Below, piece after piece: positions 1-10,421 of a stretch of 64,000 nt of DNA. Within the stretch, counting starts at the first letter, position 1, and each line of letters opens with the position of its first letter. The DNA lies in the NCBI GenBank assembly GCA_965552055.1, contig CBEVQO010000002.1, positions 256,001 to 320,000 on the forward strand, in the 5' to 3' direction. The notes under the pieces are model-generated. The model did not search any database. It was not told where the DNA came from and saw only the letters and a program-made list of their open reading frames with translations. A program made the translations under genes and the position numbers. The DNA comes from an uncultured bacterium (GTDB lineage: Bacteria; Hydrothermota; UBA3073; NMUJ01; CBEVQO01).

Positions 1-720
1 TTCGCCATATTGTTTTCCATATTCTTTTATTAACTTTTTAGCTTTTTCCATTGCTTTCTCAATCTTATATCTCAGTTCAAAATACCATGTAGCATCTGTA
101 AGTCCTCCGAATGCCGAAGGTTTATCGGGGTCAATCTTATATGGCGGATTAAAAGGAGGCAAATATTCGTCAACTTTATCTTGCTCCGGAATATCAACAA
201 CTTCATAGGTATGTGAAAGGAAAAATGCATCAAGCACAACCATACTCGGTAAAAGAACCTCTTCACCCACTTTATACGCCTGAATAACAGTATCAAGCGC
301 TTCCTGATTATTTTCACAATAATACTGGATTATACCTGTATCTCTTTGCGAAAGAGAATCAGTTTGCTCTGTCCATATCGACCACGGAGGTGCCATTGCC
401 CTGTTTATATTACAGAGAACAATAGGATGCCTGCCACCAACAGCCCAGTGTATCATCTCATGCATAAGCGCCAAGCCCTGAGCTGATGTAGCAGTAAAAG
501 CACGAGCTCCTGCAGCAGATGCACCTATGCACGCAGCAAGTGCAGAATGCTCGGACTCAACCTTTATGAAGCGGGCTTTGAGCTCACCGGATGCACACAT
601 CTCAGAAAGCAGCTCAACAACCTGTGTCTGAGGAGTAATGGGATAGGCAGCAATAACTTCCACACGGGATAATTTGGCACCATAAGAAAGAGCATGATTG
701 CCCATTAAAACTTTCTTCAT
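1..720 (-). CDS. porA: 2-oxoacid (pyruvate):ferredoxin oxidoreductase alpha subunit, N-terminal part (runs off window)
   Basis: Manual translation from ATG at 720: MKKVLMGNHALSYGAKLSRVEVIAAYPITPQTQ...VESEHSA...TATSAQGLALMHE. Absent from the ORF track because it is truncated by the window edge. Confidence 0.93.
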   Translation of the reverse strand, partial: MKKVLMGNHALSYGAKLSRVEVIAAYPITPQTQVVELLSEMCASGELKARFIKVESEHSALAACIGASAAGARAFTATSAQGLALMHEMIHWAVGGRHPIVLCNINRAMAPPWSIWTEQTDSLSQRDTGIIQYYCENNQEALDTVIQAYKVGEEVLLPSMVVLDAFFLSHTYEVVDIPEQDKVDEYLPPFNPPYKIDPDKPSAFGGLTDATWYFELRYKIEKAMEKAKKLIKEYGKQYGE

Positions 721-1004
721 CGCCCCTCCCTTACTGCTTCTATAGCACCTCTTGGACACTCAACTATACAAATACCACAACCCTTACAATACTCATAATC
801 AATAACAGGTTTATCTTCCTCAATTTTTATCGCTGGCTCAGGACAATACTTCCAGCATATCATACACTTTATGCATTTCTCATAATTTATAACAGGTCTT
901 ATAACTCGCCAGGATGAGGTCTTATTCCATCTCATCGTCTTCAAAGATACAGCAATCTCTGGCAATTCATCAACATCTTTAAAAGTAATTTTTTCTTCCA
1001 TCAT
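717..1004 (-). CDS. porD: 2-oxoacid:ferredoxin oxidoreductase delta subunit (2x[4Fe-4S])
   Basis: TSSWRVIRPVINYEKCIKCMICWKYCPE and CKGCGICIVECP motifs; lies in the por operon. Confidence 0.92.
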   Translation of the reverse strand: MMEEKITFKDVDELPEIAVSLKTMRWNKTSSWRVIRPVINYEKCIKCMICWKYCPEPAIKIEEDKPVIDYEYCKGCGICIVECPRGAIEAVREGR

Positions 1005-1009
1005 ACCTC

Positions 1010-1330
1010 CTACTTAAACCAGCCTTCTTTTTTCATAATTTCAGTGGAAATCCTGATAGAAGGACCATCACCCCTCGCAACAGAAACAGCAACATTACTG
1101 CCTGCCACTCTCTTTATTTCTGCTACATCTTCATGAGTAAAGCCCGGACACAACAAAATAGAATGGATTTTCTCTTTTTCAACAAATTCCTTACAAACTT
1201 CTACGGCTTCTTTTTGATTTCTCACAACCACCACAAACAATTTATAGTAGTGCGGGGTCTCAATAGTACATCGATACTTATTTGCATCACCATCGGGTGC
1301 ATGTGCTATGAAAAGTGTTTTAAATGCCAT
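1010..1330 (-). CDS. DUF6506-like conserved protein
   Basis: LFIAHAPDGD...ILLCPGF...ARGDGPS resembles DUF6506; coupled to porC. Confidence 0.7.
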   Translation of the reverse strand: MAFKTLFIAHAPDGDANKYRCTIETPHYYKLFVVVVRNQKEAVEVCKEFVEKEKIHSILLCPGFTHEDVAEIKRVAGSNVAVSVARGDGPSIRISTEIMKKEGWFK

Positions 1331-1878
1331 TACATTATCACACTGTTATATGCTTCTTCAGCGGCTTTCGCATTCTCCTCGGGCTTAGCAGGGACATTTT
1401 CTTTTATAGCTTCGATAACAGAAGATAGTTTAACAATTCCCATAACTCTGGCAAATGCACCAAGCATAGGAGTGTTAACAATGGGAGCAGCTTTTGAACC
1501 CAAGCCATATTTAAGAGCAATACCTGTAGCATCAACAGTAGCAACTTTGTATTTTTGGGGAAAGTTAAGTTCATCAGGTTTTCTCACAGTGTTTATTATT
1601 ATCCAGCCACCTTCTTTTAATCCAGCAGTGACATCAATGGCTTCGAGCAACGCAGGGTCAAGCACAACGATGTGGTCCGGCTCATATACTTTGCAATGCA
1701 ATATTATCGGTTTGTCATCAATCCTTATGAATGCATAGACAGGAGCACCTCTTCTTTCGACACCAAACTCAGGAAATGCCTGAACCCATTTGCCTTCCTT
1801 CAAAAGTGCATCAGCAAGTGTCTTTGCAGCAACCACCGTCCCCTGACCACCTCTACCATGAAATCTTATTTCAATCAT
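1330..1878 (-). CDS. porC: 2-oxoacid:ferredoxin oxidoreductase gamma subunit
   Basis: [13 protein letters not shown]...[13 protein letters not shown]...NTPMLGA signature. Confidence 0.95.
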   Translation of the reverse strand: MIEIRFHGRGGQGTVVAAKTLADALLKEGKWVQAFPEFGVERRGAPVYAFIRIDDKPIILHCKVYEPDHIVVLDPALLEAIDVTAGLKEGGWIIINTVRKPDELNFPQKYKVATVDATGIALKYGLGSKAAPIVNTPMLGAFARVMGIVKLSSVIEAIKENVPAKPEENAKAAEEAYNSVIM

Positions 1879-1885
1879 GACACAA

Positions 1886-1912
1886 ATTATAATCCCATTT
1901 TCAGTTTGTCAA
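1886..1912 (-). promoter_or_regulatory. sigma70-like promoter of the por operon (TTGACA-N15-TATAAT), probably leaderless
   Basis: Perfect boxes; 7 nt between the -10 box and the ATG; no SD. Confidence 0.75.
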
Positions 1913-1931
1913 TCATTTTTTTATAAAATTA

Positions 1932-2398
1932 TTAGCCCCTCCTCCCTGTCCCCACCACCCTCTTGCACACCCCTCGCTACGCAGGACACAGACCTCACCC
2001 TATCATCGCTCCTTAAACGCTTTACCCGTAATCAGTCAAGTTCCCAACCAGAAACCTCTTTCCCACCTCAAACCCTCACTCGCTTCCATTCCGCTATCCA
2101 GCAACCAGCCAAACACTCATCTCAAAATGCAGTCCCACCTCCTGCTCTCATCAGCACCTATCCGCAAACCACCTTTAATAAGCGCAGTCCGCAACCCAAA
2201 CCTTTATCCCATCTTGAACTCTTAATCGCTCTCATTGCGTTATTCAGCAGTCAATCTGATACTTCCCTCAAAATGTGGTCCCGCTCTCACTCCTATCAGT
2301 AAAAGAACTCCTCATCTGCTCCCAAAATGTGGTTCCGCTTTCAGCGCTCGGGGTGTTGACCTACAACCCATATGTAACATGCTCGGCTCCGCCTCGCA
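1932..2398. repeat. C-rich intergenic element whose ends are shared with 30881-31041; contains internal direct repeats
   Basis: Left end TTAGCCCCTCCTCC(G)CTGTCCCC and right end CAACCCATATGTAACAnGCTCG...CTCGCA occur at both loci; CAAAATGTGGT(C/T)CCGCT(C/T)TCA at 2269 and 2323, degenerate copy at 2123. Confidence 0.75.
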
Positions 2399-2437
2399 AT
2401 AATTTCTTGACAAATTTCGTATTTAAGTTATATTAGG

Positions 2438-3694
2438 ATGAGTGCAATGAATAACTGGGCTAGAATAATAATCGGTGATAGTAGAAAAATGATAGAAGTC
2501 GAAAATAACAGCATAGATTTGATTGTTACATCTCCTCCTTATTGGCATATTAAAGATTACGGAGTTGAAGGACAAATCGGATATGGTCAAAGTTTACATG
2601 AATACTTCAAAGATTTATACAGAGTATGGAAAGAGTGCTACAGAATTCTTAAGCCCGGAAGAAGATTATGTATAAACATAGGCGACCAGTTTGCTCGCTC
2701 TGTAATTTACGGCAGATATAAAGTTATCCCCTTGCATGCTGAACTTATAGCACAATGTGAGGACATAGGTTTTGATTTTATGGGTTCAATAATCTGGCAG
2801 AAGAAAACCACAATGAACACCACTGGCGGAGCAAATGTAATGGGCTCTTATCCCTATCCACCTAATGGAATGATTGAGATTGATTATGAGTTTATACTTA
2901 TTTTTAAAAAACCCGGAAAAAATGGAAAAGTCCCAAAAGAAATTAAAGAAAAGTCTAAACTAACTAAAGAAGAATGGAAAGAGTATTTCTATGGACACTG
3001 GTATTTTGGTGGAGCAAGGCAGTTAGAACACGAAGCCATGTTTCCAGAAGAATTACCAAAAAGGCTGATAAAAATGTATACTTTCATAGGAGAAACTGTT
3101 CTTGACCCTTTCCTCGGTAGCGGAACTACTGTAAAAGCAGCATTAAACCTGCATAGGAATGCAATAGGTTATGAAATAAACGAAAAATTTCTGGATGTGA
3201 TAAAGGAAAAACTCGGTTTAAAACAAAATTTGCTTCAATTTAATAAAAACATTCAGATAATAAAGCGAGGAAAAACAATAAAAGTTGATGCGGTTAATTA
3301 TATCCCAAGGATTAAAGATGCCAGACCAAGAATAGACCCCAAGAAATTTAATTTTAAAAATGACAGACTTTATAAAGTTGTTGATATTATAGACGAACAA
3401 ACCATTAAATTAAACACAGGTCTGCTTGTTAAATTTTTGGGAGTTAAAATAATCAAAAAGGAAGAAGCGTTAGAGTATCTAAGGAACCGCATTTTGAAAA
3501 AAGAAGTTTATCTTAAATTTGACAACCATAGTGACAATATCATAGATGAAAACACCGTCAGCGCTTATGTTTATTTAAAAAATAAAATATTTGTAAATGC
3601 CTATCTCATCAGGTCTGGAATGGCCAAAGCAGACAGGACAAAAGAGTATAAGTATAAAACAAAATTTATTGAATTAGAAAAAGAGCTAAAATAA
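2438..3694 (+). CDS. Beta-class N4/N6 DNA methyltransferase fused to a C-terminal thermonuclease (SNase)-like domain
   Basis: TSPPY motif IV precedes DPFLGSGTT motif I; C-terminus KVVDIIDEQTIKL...AYVYLKNKIFVNAYLIRSGMA has an SNase-fold pattern. Confidence 0.88.
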   Translation: MSAMNNWARIIIGDSRKMIEVENNSIDLIVTSPPYWHIKDYGVEGQIGYGQSLHEYFKDLYRVWKECYRILKPGRRLCINIGDQFARSVIYGRYKVIPLHAELIAQCEDIGFDFMGSIIWQKKTTMNTTGGANVMGSYPYPPNGMIEIDYEFILIFKKPGKNGKVPKEIKEKSKLTKEEWKEYFYGHWYFGGARQLEHEAMFPEELPKRLIKMYTFIGETVLDPFLGSGTTVKAALNLHRNAIGYEINEKFLDVIKEKLGLKQNLLQFNKNIQIIKRGKTIKVDAVNYIPRIKDARPRIDPKKFNFKNDRLYKVVDIIDEQTIKLNTGLLVKFLGVKIIKKEEALEYLRNRILKKEVYLKFDNHSDNIIDENTVSAYVYLKNKIFVNAYLIRSGMAKADRTKEYKYKTKFIELEKELK

Positions 3695-4362
3695 TGGCAA
3701 AAGAGTGGATATTAAATATGGCAACAAACAGATGGGGATTAAATAAAGAGAATAGCGTCGGTCCCGTATCCCAATGGATTCGTGAATGCAGCCCAAAAAC
3801 AATTAAAGATTGGGAAGAATTCTATTACAAAAAACTCGCTGATTTCCTTAAAAGCAAAGATATCTCTTTATCCCCTAAGGAATACCTCGAAGATCTCGGA
3901 AGAAAACTATATGTGAAAATTACAGAAGTTATCCAGGCAGAAATTGAGGAAGTAACAGAGGAAGATTGTATCGAATATATTTACAACCTTGTAATTAACA
4001 GAACTTATGACGGCTATCTAACAGAAATAAAAACAATATACGGGAAATTACAAAGAGATTTGGGTGTAGAGATAAAACCTGCACCGGATGAGTGGGATAG
4101 ACTTTATAATGTGGATTTTTACATTCAGGTTGGGGAGAAATACATTGGTTTGCAAATAAAACCCATAACCTATGAGCAAACGCCAGAGATTTACAGATGG
4201 AAAGAATGGCTTAGCAGAACACATAAAAAATTTGAACAAAATTTCGGCGGAAAAGTATTTATTGTATTTTCAATCAAAAAAGATAACAGGAAAGAAATTT
4301 ATAACTCTGAAGTAATTGAAGAAATAAGAAAAGAAATTGGAAGACTTAAAGGGAGTAAGTAA
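3694..4362 (+). CDS. MjaI-family type II restriction endonuclease
   Basis: VGPVSQWIREC...WEEFYY...VDFYI...GLQIKP (PD-QxK) pattern; coupled to the MTase. Confidence 0.82.
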   Translation: MAKEWILNMATNRWGLNKENSVGPVSQWIRECSPKTIKDWEEFYYKKLADFLKSKDISLSPKEYLEDLGRKLYVKITEVIQAEIEEVTEEDCIEYIYNLVINRTYDGYLTEIKTIYGKLQRDLGVEIKPAPDEWDRLYNVDFYIQVGEKYIGLQIKPITYEQTPEIYRWKEWLSRTHKKFEQNFGGKVFIVFSIKKDNRKEIYNSEVIEEIRKEIGRLKGSK

Positions 4363-4364
4363 AC

Positions 4365-5369
4365 ATGTCTGAATTCAGACAGAATTTTATCACAAAGGAA
4401 TGGGTGATAATAGCACCTGAAAGGAAAAAGCGTCCGCATGACTTTAAAAAAGAAGAAACACAAACTAAAATCCCGGAATACGATAAAAATTGTCCTTTTT
4501 GTCCGGGAAATTACTCTGAAAAATATGAAGAAACGCTTTTTGAAATAAAAGAAGGCAATAGATGGCTCTTAAGGGTTGTGAAAAACCGTTATAGCGCGCT
4601 TCATCCCGATACAGAACCCATGCGTCAAAGAGAAAAATCATATTTAAAAGTTATGGGATATGGATTTGCAGAAGTGATAATAGAATCGCCTTATCATAAT
4701 AAAAATTTCTCAAATTATACACTTTCTGAAATTAAAAATATCTTGCTTGCATATAAAAATCGCTACGATACACTATCACAATATCATCCAAAAATTGATT
4801 TGATTTTGATTTTCAAAAATTATGGAAGATATGCAGGAACTTCTTTGATTCATCCTCATTCTCAAATCATTGCCACACCCATAGTGCCACTTTCTTTACG
4901 CACGGCTCTTCTCGAAGCACGGGTATTTTGCGATGAACAGGGAATATGTCCATTCTGCCAGATGATTAAAGAAGAAAAAGAGCAAAATGTAAGAGTACCT
5001 TATGAGAATGAAAATTTTATTGCAATATGTCCTTTTGCATCACGAACACCATATGAAGTGTGGATTCTGCCGAAGCGCCATAGCGCAAAATTTGACTTTA
5101 ACGATGAAGAATTAACGGATTTTGCAGATATTTTATCAAAAATTTTAAAAGCGTTACATAAAATTTTCCCCGATTTATCATATAATTATATTATAAAGTC
5201 GGCTCCAATTGAAGACCACAATGTTGAATATTTTCACTGGTATTTAGAAATTTTACCACGCCTCACAATGCCAGCAGGATTCGAAATGGGCTCGGGTATC
5301 TACATAAATCCCACACCACCAGAAGAAGCATCAAAAGAGATAAAAGAAAGAATAATAAATTATGACTAA
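4365..5369 (+). CDS. galT: Galactose-1-phosphate uridylyltransferase
   Basis: RKKRP, CPFCPGN, AGTSLIHPHSQ (HxH) and AGFEMGSG motifs. Confidence 0.92.
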   Translation: MSEFRQNFITKEWVIIAPERKKRPHDFKKEETQTKIPEYDKNCPFCPGNYSEKYEETLFEIKEGNRWLLRVVKNRYSALHPDTEPMRQREKSYLKVMGYGFAEVIIESPYHNKNFSNYTLSEIKNILLAYKNRYDTLSQYHPKIDLILIFKNYGRYAGTSLIHPHSQIIATPIVPLSLRTALLEARVFCDEQGICPFCQMIKEEKEQNVRVPYENENFIAICPFASRTPYEVWILPKRHSAKFDFNDEELTDFADILSKILKALHKIFPDLSYNYIIKSAPIEDHNVEYFHWYLEILPRLTMPAGFEMGSGIYINPTPPEEASKEIKERIINYD

Positions 5370-6402
5370 ATACATCTGGATTGACATAGATAACGCACCT
5401 CATGTCTTGTTCTTCAGACCTTTTTTAAAAGAGTTTAAAAAACGAAAAGAAAATGTACTTTTAACCATTAGGTATCACGAAAAACTCATTCAACTACTTT
5501 CAATTTATGGAATAAACGAATATTCGGTTATAGGATGTCATCCGGGTAGAAATAAAATAAAAAAGGCATTGAATTTATTTATCCGGGCGTATCTGTTAAA
5601 CAAATTGGTAAATCTACCGATAAAAGTTGCAGTTGCATCTTCACGAGGGATTGTATTACCCGCTTACTTACACAAAATACCGTTAGTAATACTTTACGAT
5701 TACGAGTATATGTTTGACTGGCTTTACAGAAAATTCGCAACAATAATTGGCATGCCAGAAGTCGTAAGTAAAGAATATCTAAATAATTTGAAAAAAGAAG
5801 GAGTTAAATATTTCCTTTATCCGGGGATAAAAGAAGGTGTCTATCTGTTTGACTTTCAGCCGCAGAATTTCCGCTTACCAGATATTGACTACTCAAAATG
5901 TGTGATTTTGATACGCCCACCGGCTACTACTGCACATTATCATAATCCTGAAAGCGAAAAAATATTTGCCGAAATTATTGATTATTACAAAAATTCAAGG
6001 GAAGTGGAAATCTTAATAATTCCGAGAAGTGAAAGAGAAATCAATATACTTTTTAAAAAATACTTTAATGTAAAGAATTTACACATATTAAAAACTGCTG
6101 TAGATGGTCCTACTTTAATATGTAATGCAGATGCTGTGATAAGTGGGGGAGGCACAATGGTTCGAGAAGCTTGTGTGCTGGGAATACCGGCTTACAGCTT
6201 CTTTAAAGGCAAAAAAGGAGGCGTTGACAAATACCTGGAAAAAGTTGGACTCTTAAAATTTATAAATTCAGCGGAAGATTTGAAAAAAATTAAATTCAAG
6301 AGCAATAAAGAAGAAGCAAAAAAATTGAGAGAAATCGGCAAAATGGGTTTCAAAAAAATCATCGAAGTGATAGAAGAAGTTAGTAAAAGACGCTATGATT
6401 GA
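5362..6402 (+). CDS. DUF354 family protein (GT-B-like putative glycosyltransferase)
   Basis: IWIDIDNAPHVLFF...ISGGGTMVREA. Confidence 0.85.
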   Translation: MTKYIWIDIDNAPHVLFFRPFLKEFKKRKENVLLTIRYHEKLIQLLSIYGINEYSVIGCHPGRNKIKKALNLFIRAYLLNKLVNLPIKVAVASSRGIVLPAYLHKIPLVILYDYEYMFDWLYRKFATIIGMPEVVSKEYLNNLKKEGVKYFLYPGIKEGVYLFDFQPQNFRLPDIDYSKCVILIRPPATTAHYHNPESEKIFAEIIDYYKNSREVEILIIPRSEREINILFKKYFNVKNLHILKTAVDGPTLICNADAVISGGGTMVREACVLGIPAYSFFKGKKGGVDKYLEKVGLLKFINSAEDLKKIKFKSNKEEAKKLREIGKMGFKKIIEVIEEVSKRRYD

Positions 6403-7097
6403 ATTTTAGTTTTTAACCTTAATCTTTCAATTACCGCTTTCATTTCCTCACTTAATCCTGCTTTTATCTCTGTCTCTTTCTTTGTAAAAGGATGGACAAA
6501 TTTCAAACTAAAAGAATGAAGTGAAAGAGCTTTTGGATGTGCTTTAATTATTGGCTCAAATATTTCCTTATACTCTTCCGGTAAACTTTTATTGTAAACA
6601 GGGTCAACTGCTATTGGATAGCCAATATATTTCAAATGCACCCTTATTTGATGGGGACGTCCTGTTAGTGGCAAAATCGATAGTAATGTAAATCTTTTAA
6701 ATCTTTCCATGACTCTATATTTTGTAACAGCTGGCTTACCATTTTCCGCAACCTTATATTTGCCTTTGCGCCCCTGTCTTATTGGCTTATCAATGGTGCC
6801 GTCATACTCAACATCGCCCATCACAATGCCTATATACCTCTTTTTTACCTTCCTGTGTTCAAAAAGAATGCACATTTCCCTGTGCGCTTCTGATGTCTTT
6901 CCAAAAATAACAAGCCCACTTGTACCCCTATCTATCCTGTGAATCACCCATAATCTTCTTCCGAATTTTTCTTCTAAAATTCTTCTTAAAAATGGTTCAT
7001 CTTTATCAAACCTCCCGGGTATTACAAGTAAACCATGGGGCTTTGAAACTCCCAGAAGATATTCATCTTCGTAAACTATTTTGACTTTATCTATCAT
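6393..7097 (-). CDS. RluA-family pseudouridine synthase
   Basis: HRIDRGTSG and TGRPHQIRVH motifs. Confidence 0.93.
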   Translation of the reverse strand: MIDKVKIVYEDEYLLGVSKPHGLLVIPGRFDKDEPFLRRILEEKFGRRLWVIHRIDRGTSGLVIFGKTSEAHREMCILFEHRKVKKRYIGIVMGDVEYDGTIDKPIRQGRKGKYKVAENGKPAVTKYRVMERFKRFTLLSILPLTGRPHQIRVHLKYIGYPIAVDPVYNKSLPEEYKEIFEPIIKAHPKALSLHSFSLKFVHPFTKKETEIKAGLSEEMKAVIERLRLKTKIQS

Positions 7098-7720
7098 AAT
7101 TTATTTTTAGCACCGATAACAACGAAACCACCTTCACCATACCCCTTCTTAACGGGTTCAATCTCCTTTATGTTTTGCGGTAAATCAAAAATTGTCTGAT
7201 AAAATTCAAAATCACAAAAGTCAAACTTTGAAAGCATCTCAATAACTTCTTCTGTTGAATAAAATTTAGCATATTTATAAAATTTGCTTTTCTTTCTGGA
7301 ATAAAATTTGCCAAGAAAACTCTCCTTATCAATGAAACCTATTATTATCTTACCATCATCTTTTAAAACTCTTTTTGCCTCCTTTATTAAACTTTCGGGC
7401 TGTTTAACAAAACAAATGGTAACAATAATTAACACAAAATCAAATGTTGAATTTTTGAATGGCAGATTTTCTCCTTTTGCTATACAAATTTTCATGCCTC
7501 TTTTATATGCTATTTTTGCCATATTATAAGCGGGTTCTACCCCGTATTTTACGCCAAGCGGAACACCAAATCTACCTGTACCAGCGCCTATTTCAAGACC
7601 TATACCTTTACCAATAAGTTTTTTAACGGCATGCAGTTCGGATTTGTAAACTTTATCATATTTCTCAAACCATTCATCATATTCCTTTGCATACCTTTCA
7701 AAAAGTTCTATTACTTTCAT
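7094..7720 (-). CDS. Class I SAM-dependent methyltransferase
   Basis: LEIGAGTGRF, GENLPF, FDFVL motifs. Confidence 0.9.
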   Translation of the reverse strand: MKVIELFERYAKEYDEWFEKYDKVYKSELHAVKKLIGKGIGLEIGAGTGRFGVPLGVKYGVEPAYNMAKIAYKRGMKICIAKGENLPFKNSTFDFVLIIVTICFVKQPESLIKEAKRVLKDDGKIIIGFIDKESFLGKFYSRKKSKFYKYAKFYSTEEVIEMLSKFDFCDFEFYQTIFDLPQNIKEIEPVKKGYGEGGFVVIGAKNKL

Positions 7721-7934
7721 TTTTCATAGAAATTTGTGCTACAATTAATTCTTTTTCTTCTGGAATCTCTTTTCCTTCTTCTCGCATTACTTCGATATGT
7801 AATTGAATTGCTTCTTTTATATTCGTTATAGCTTCCTCAATAGTTTCTCCCTGTGAGTAACAACCGGGGAGTGCAGGTACCTCTACCCAATATCCGCCTT
7901 CTTCTGCCTTATGGATTATTACCATAAATTTCAT
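7698..7934 (-). CDS. HicB-family (UPF0150) antitoxin, orphan
   Basis: EEGGYWVEVPALPGCYSQGETIEEA...IKEAI. Confidence 0.88.
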   Translation of the reverse strand: MKFMVIIHKAEEGGYWVEVPALPGCYSQGETIEEAITNIKEAIQLHIEVMREEGKEIPEEKELIVAQISMKNESNRTF

Positions 7935-7942
7935 TCAATTTT

Positions 7943-8677
7943 TCAATGATGAATTATTGATTTATAAACTATGAGTAGGGCGAGTGCGACAACGAGCACC
8001 GATAATCCACTTTCAAGCCATACAGGTTTTGACTTTAAGGCAACTTTACTACCCAAGAAAGCACCTATCATCGAACCAGCTAATACGCTCACAGCAGGTA
8101 GCCATTTTATATCTCCACGATGCCAGTAAATAAAACATGCAGATAACGCAGTAAAAATTGTAACAAATAAAGATGTAGCAATGGATTTATGAATGTCAAT
8201 ATTTAAAGCCCTTAAAAACGCAGGAAAAAGAGAACCACCACTCCCTCCTCTCATACCGGTGATTAAATTTATCAAAAAAGCACCAAATAAAACTTTATTT
8301 GAAGTAGCCTTTAACTTTTTTGTAAAACTCGGAGCAATTCTATGAAGATAAATCCCGGATACAGTTAAAATTGTTATTATGAGGAATATTATTGCGAGAA
8401 TCAATGTCGGTATAAAACCAACAAGATATGCACCCGTAATGGAGCCAGCAATCCCTCCTATAACCATATAAATTGATAATTTAAACTCAATGTTTTTACG
8501 ATGACTTATAGCACCCACAAGTGAAGAAAAGGGTATCACAAAAAGATTTATCCCGTATGCAGTTAATAAAGGCAAACCCGCAACCGTAAGCAAAGGAATA
8601 CGAACAGAACCACCCCCTATGCCAAACATGCCACTCATAAAACCAGCAAAAATGCCTATGAGAAAATAAATAAACAT
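7943..8677 (-). CDS. Sulfite exporter TauE/SafE family membrane protein
   Basis: GFMSGMFGIGGG and a second GGSGG repeat; multiple hydrophobic helices. Confidence 0.87.
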   Translation of the reverse strand: MFIYFLIGIFAGFMSGMFGIGGGSVRIPLLTVAGLPLLTAYGINLFVIPFSSLVGAISHRKNIEFKLSIYMVIGGIAGSITGAYLVGFIPTLILAIIFLIITILTVSGIYLHRIAPSFTKKLKATSNKVLFGAFLINLITGMRGGSGGSLFPAFLRALNIDIHKSIATSLFVTIFTALSACFIYWHRGDIKWLPAVSVLAGSMIGAFLGSKVALKSKPVWLESGLSVLVVALALLIVYKSIIHH

Positions 8678-9114
8678 TAAGTTTTTGCTCTATCAACCAC
8701 CGCAGCTGTTAGCGTGCCTTCAGCTACAAGAGTATCATCAACATAGCTTTTTGCTTCCATCACAAAAAGATTTCCTCTCTGCCTTACGATTTTTACAACA
8801 TTTCGTAAAGTATCACCCGGGCGAACGGGCTTTCTGAATTTAACTTTATCGATACCAGCGAAATAGCCTATTTTATTTTCTTTATCCTCAATTTTACTCA
8901 TCATAAGTAAGCCACCTGTCTGTGCCATTGATTCAACGATTAGCACTCCGGGCATTATGGGGTCACCGGGAAAATGTCCCTGAAAGAAAGGTTCATTTAT
9001 CGTTACATTTTTTATTGCTACTATCTCGTCTCCCTTAATCTCAAGGACTTTATCAACAAGCAAAAAAGGATACCTGTGCGGTAAAAACTCCATTATTTTG
9101 AAAATGTCCATCAT
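8677..9114 (-). CDS. fabZ: 3-hydroxyacyl-ACP dehydratase
   Basis: [11 protein letters not shown]...[10 protein letters not shown]...[11 protein letters not shown]. Confidence 0.96.
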   Translation of the reverse strand: MMDIFKIMEFLPHRYPFLLVDKVLEIKGDEIVAIKNVTINEPFFQGHFPGDPIMPGVLIVESMAQTGGLLMMSKIEDKENKIGYFAGIDKVKFRKPVRPGDTLRNVVKIVRQRGNLFVMEAKSYVDDTLVAEGTLTAAVVDRAKT

Positions 9115-10421
9115 AACACCCCCCTTGCTCCAAGATAAACCTTTAAACCCTCTTCCCTGAATCCTTCGTAATACTCATACTCCTGATTCAAAATATTTTT
9201 TATCTTTAAAAAAATTATAACACCAAAAGGGGTATAAAATTCTCCTGCCAGATTCAAAAGCAAATAAGATTCCATTTTTTGCCTGTAATTAAATTGTGAT
9301 TCAAAAATTCCTGCAAAATTTTCACCCCTTAGTTTATAATTGATTGCAATTCTCAACAATGGAAGATATAAAGGTCTGCCAAAGAAACACAAATTTGCCT
9401 CTCCTTCAAAATCTTTATAGAAAGATTTAAGCCATAAAAAAGATAAAGAAGTATCACTCATACCATATCCCGTATCTTTCTTAACAAAATACAAATATTT
9501 ATCATAAAAAGTAATGCCCGTCTTTATAACGGGTAAATCACTTATCTTCATCCCTGCATTTACTTTTATCTGCGAAAGACATACAGGAGAATAATCCGCT
9601 ATAAATGGATTTTCAAAGATAACATCGGATAATTTATAAAGCACATTTTGTCTCATAAATTCTATTTCTGCATTCTTATACTCGAGATAAAATCTCAATC
9701 CGGCATTTAAAGGATAATAAAATGATACACCGAATTTGCCGAAGTATTCAAGATATTCAAAAGAGGTGGTTGCGAATAATGAAAAATAATTCAAAGTATC
9801 GAGCAAAGTAAAATTAAGCCCACCATCCACAGGATAACCTTTATAATCGAAATTTCCTTTTAAATGGAAGGAAAAACCCTGCTCTGTGAGTTTACCTTCT
9901 TCGGTATAAAAAACATCACAAAAGCCCATAACATTGGAGCCAAAAACAGCACCCAAACCCGCTTTACCACACACAATATCGCACTCAGATAAGTTCAAAC
10001 TATCGGCACGCTTCACTCTATTTTTTAAAAAATCACAATAAAGCAAAAATTCGGGCTCAGATTCAACACGCATTAACCTTAACCCACCATATAACCCCGA
10101 TTTATATCTCCCGATATCCGAAAATAATCCAAAAGATACACCAGCCCATCTATAAGCACCTGTGACCAAGCTGTAATAAGAGCCAAAAAATCCTTTGTAA
10201 GTGATACGCCAGTTCTTTTTAATTTTCTCTGGCAGATAAAAACTTATTTTCCCGATTTCTGGAAGAAAAGGCTCAAACCCTGCTTTGCTGAACACAACAT
10301 TTATCTCCGATGGAGTCAAATCTGGTTTCTCAATTTCAAGCACGATTTTCCTTTCACCATAAATAACAACTTCTGGTAATTCAAGTGCTTTAACTTCTGC
10401 TATGAAAAACAAAAAAATCAT
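9111..10421 (-). CDS. Putative outer-membrane beta-barrel protein
   Basis: [10 protein letters not shown]-terminus; alternating aromatic strands; KNILNQEY...[11 protein letters not shown]-terminus resembles TonB-dependent receptor ends; follows a TPR gene. Confidence 0.6.
   Translation of the reverse strand: MIFLFFIAEVKALELPEVVIYGERKIVLEIEKPDLTPSEINVVFSKAGFEPFLPEIGKISFYLPEKIKKNWRITYKGFFGSYYSLVTGAYRWAGVSFGLFSDIGRYKSGLYGGLRLMRVESEPEFLLYCDFLKNRVKRADSLNLSECDIVCGKAGLGAVFGSNVMGFCDVFYTEEGKLTEQGFSFHLKGNFDYKGYPVDGGLNFTLLDTLNYFSLFATTSFEYLEYFGKFGVSFYYPLNAGLRFYLEYKNAEIEFMRQNVLYKLSDVIFENPFIADYSPVCLSQIKVNAGMKISDLPVIKTGITFYDKYLYFVKKDTGYGMSDTSLSFLWLKSFYKDFEGEANLCFFGRPLYLPLLRIAINYKLRGENFAGIFESQFNYRQKMESYLLLNLAGEFYTPFGVIIFLKIKNILNQEYEYYEGFREEGLKVYLGARGVL

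Noticed and set aside
1877..2302. 141-aa Ser/Pro-rich plus-strand ORF
   Set aside because: Overlaps the por promoter and the C-rich repeat element; composition reflects DNA skew; no SD
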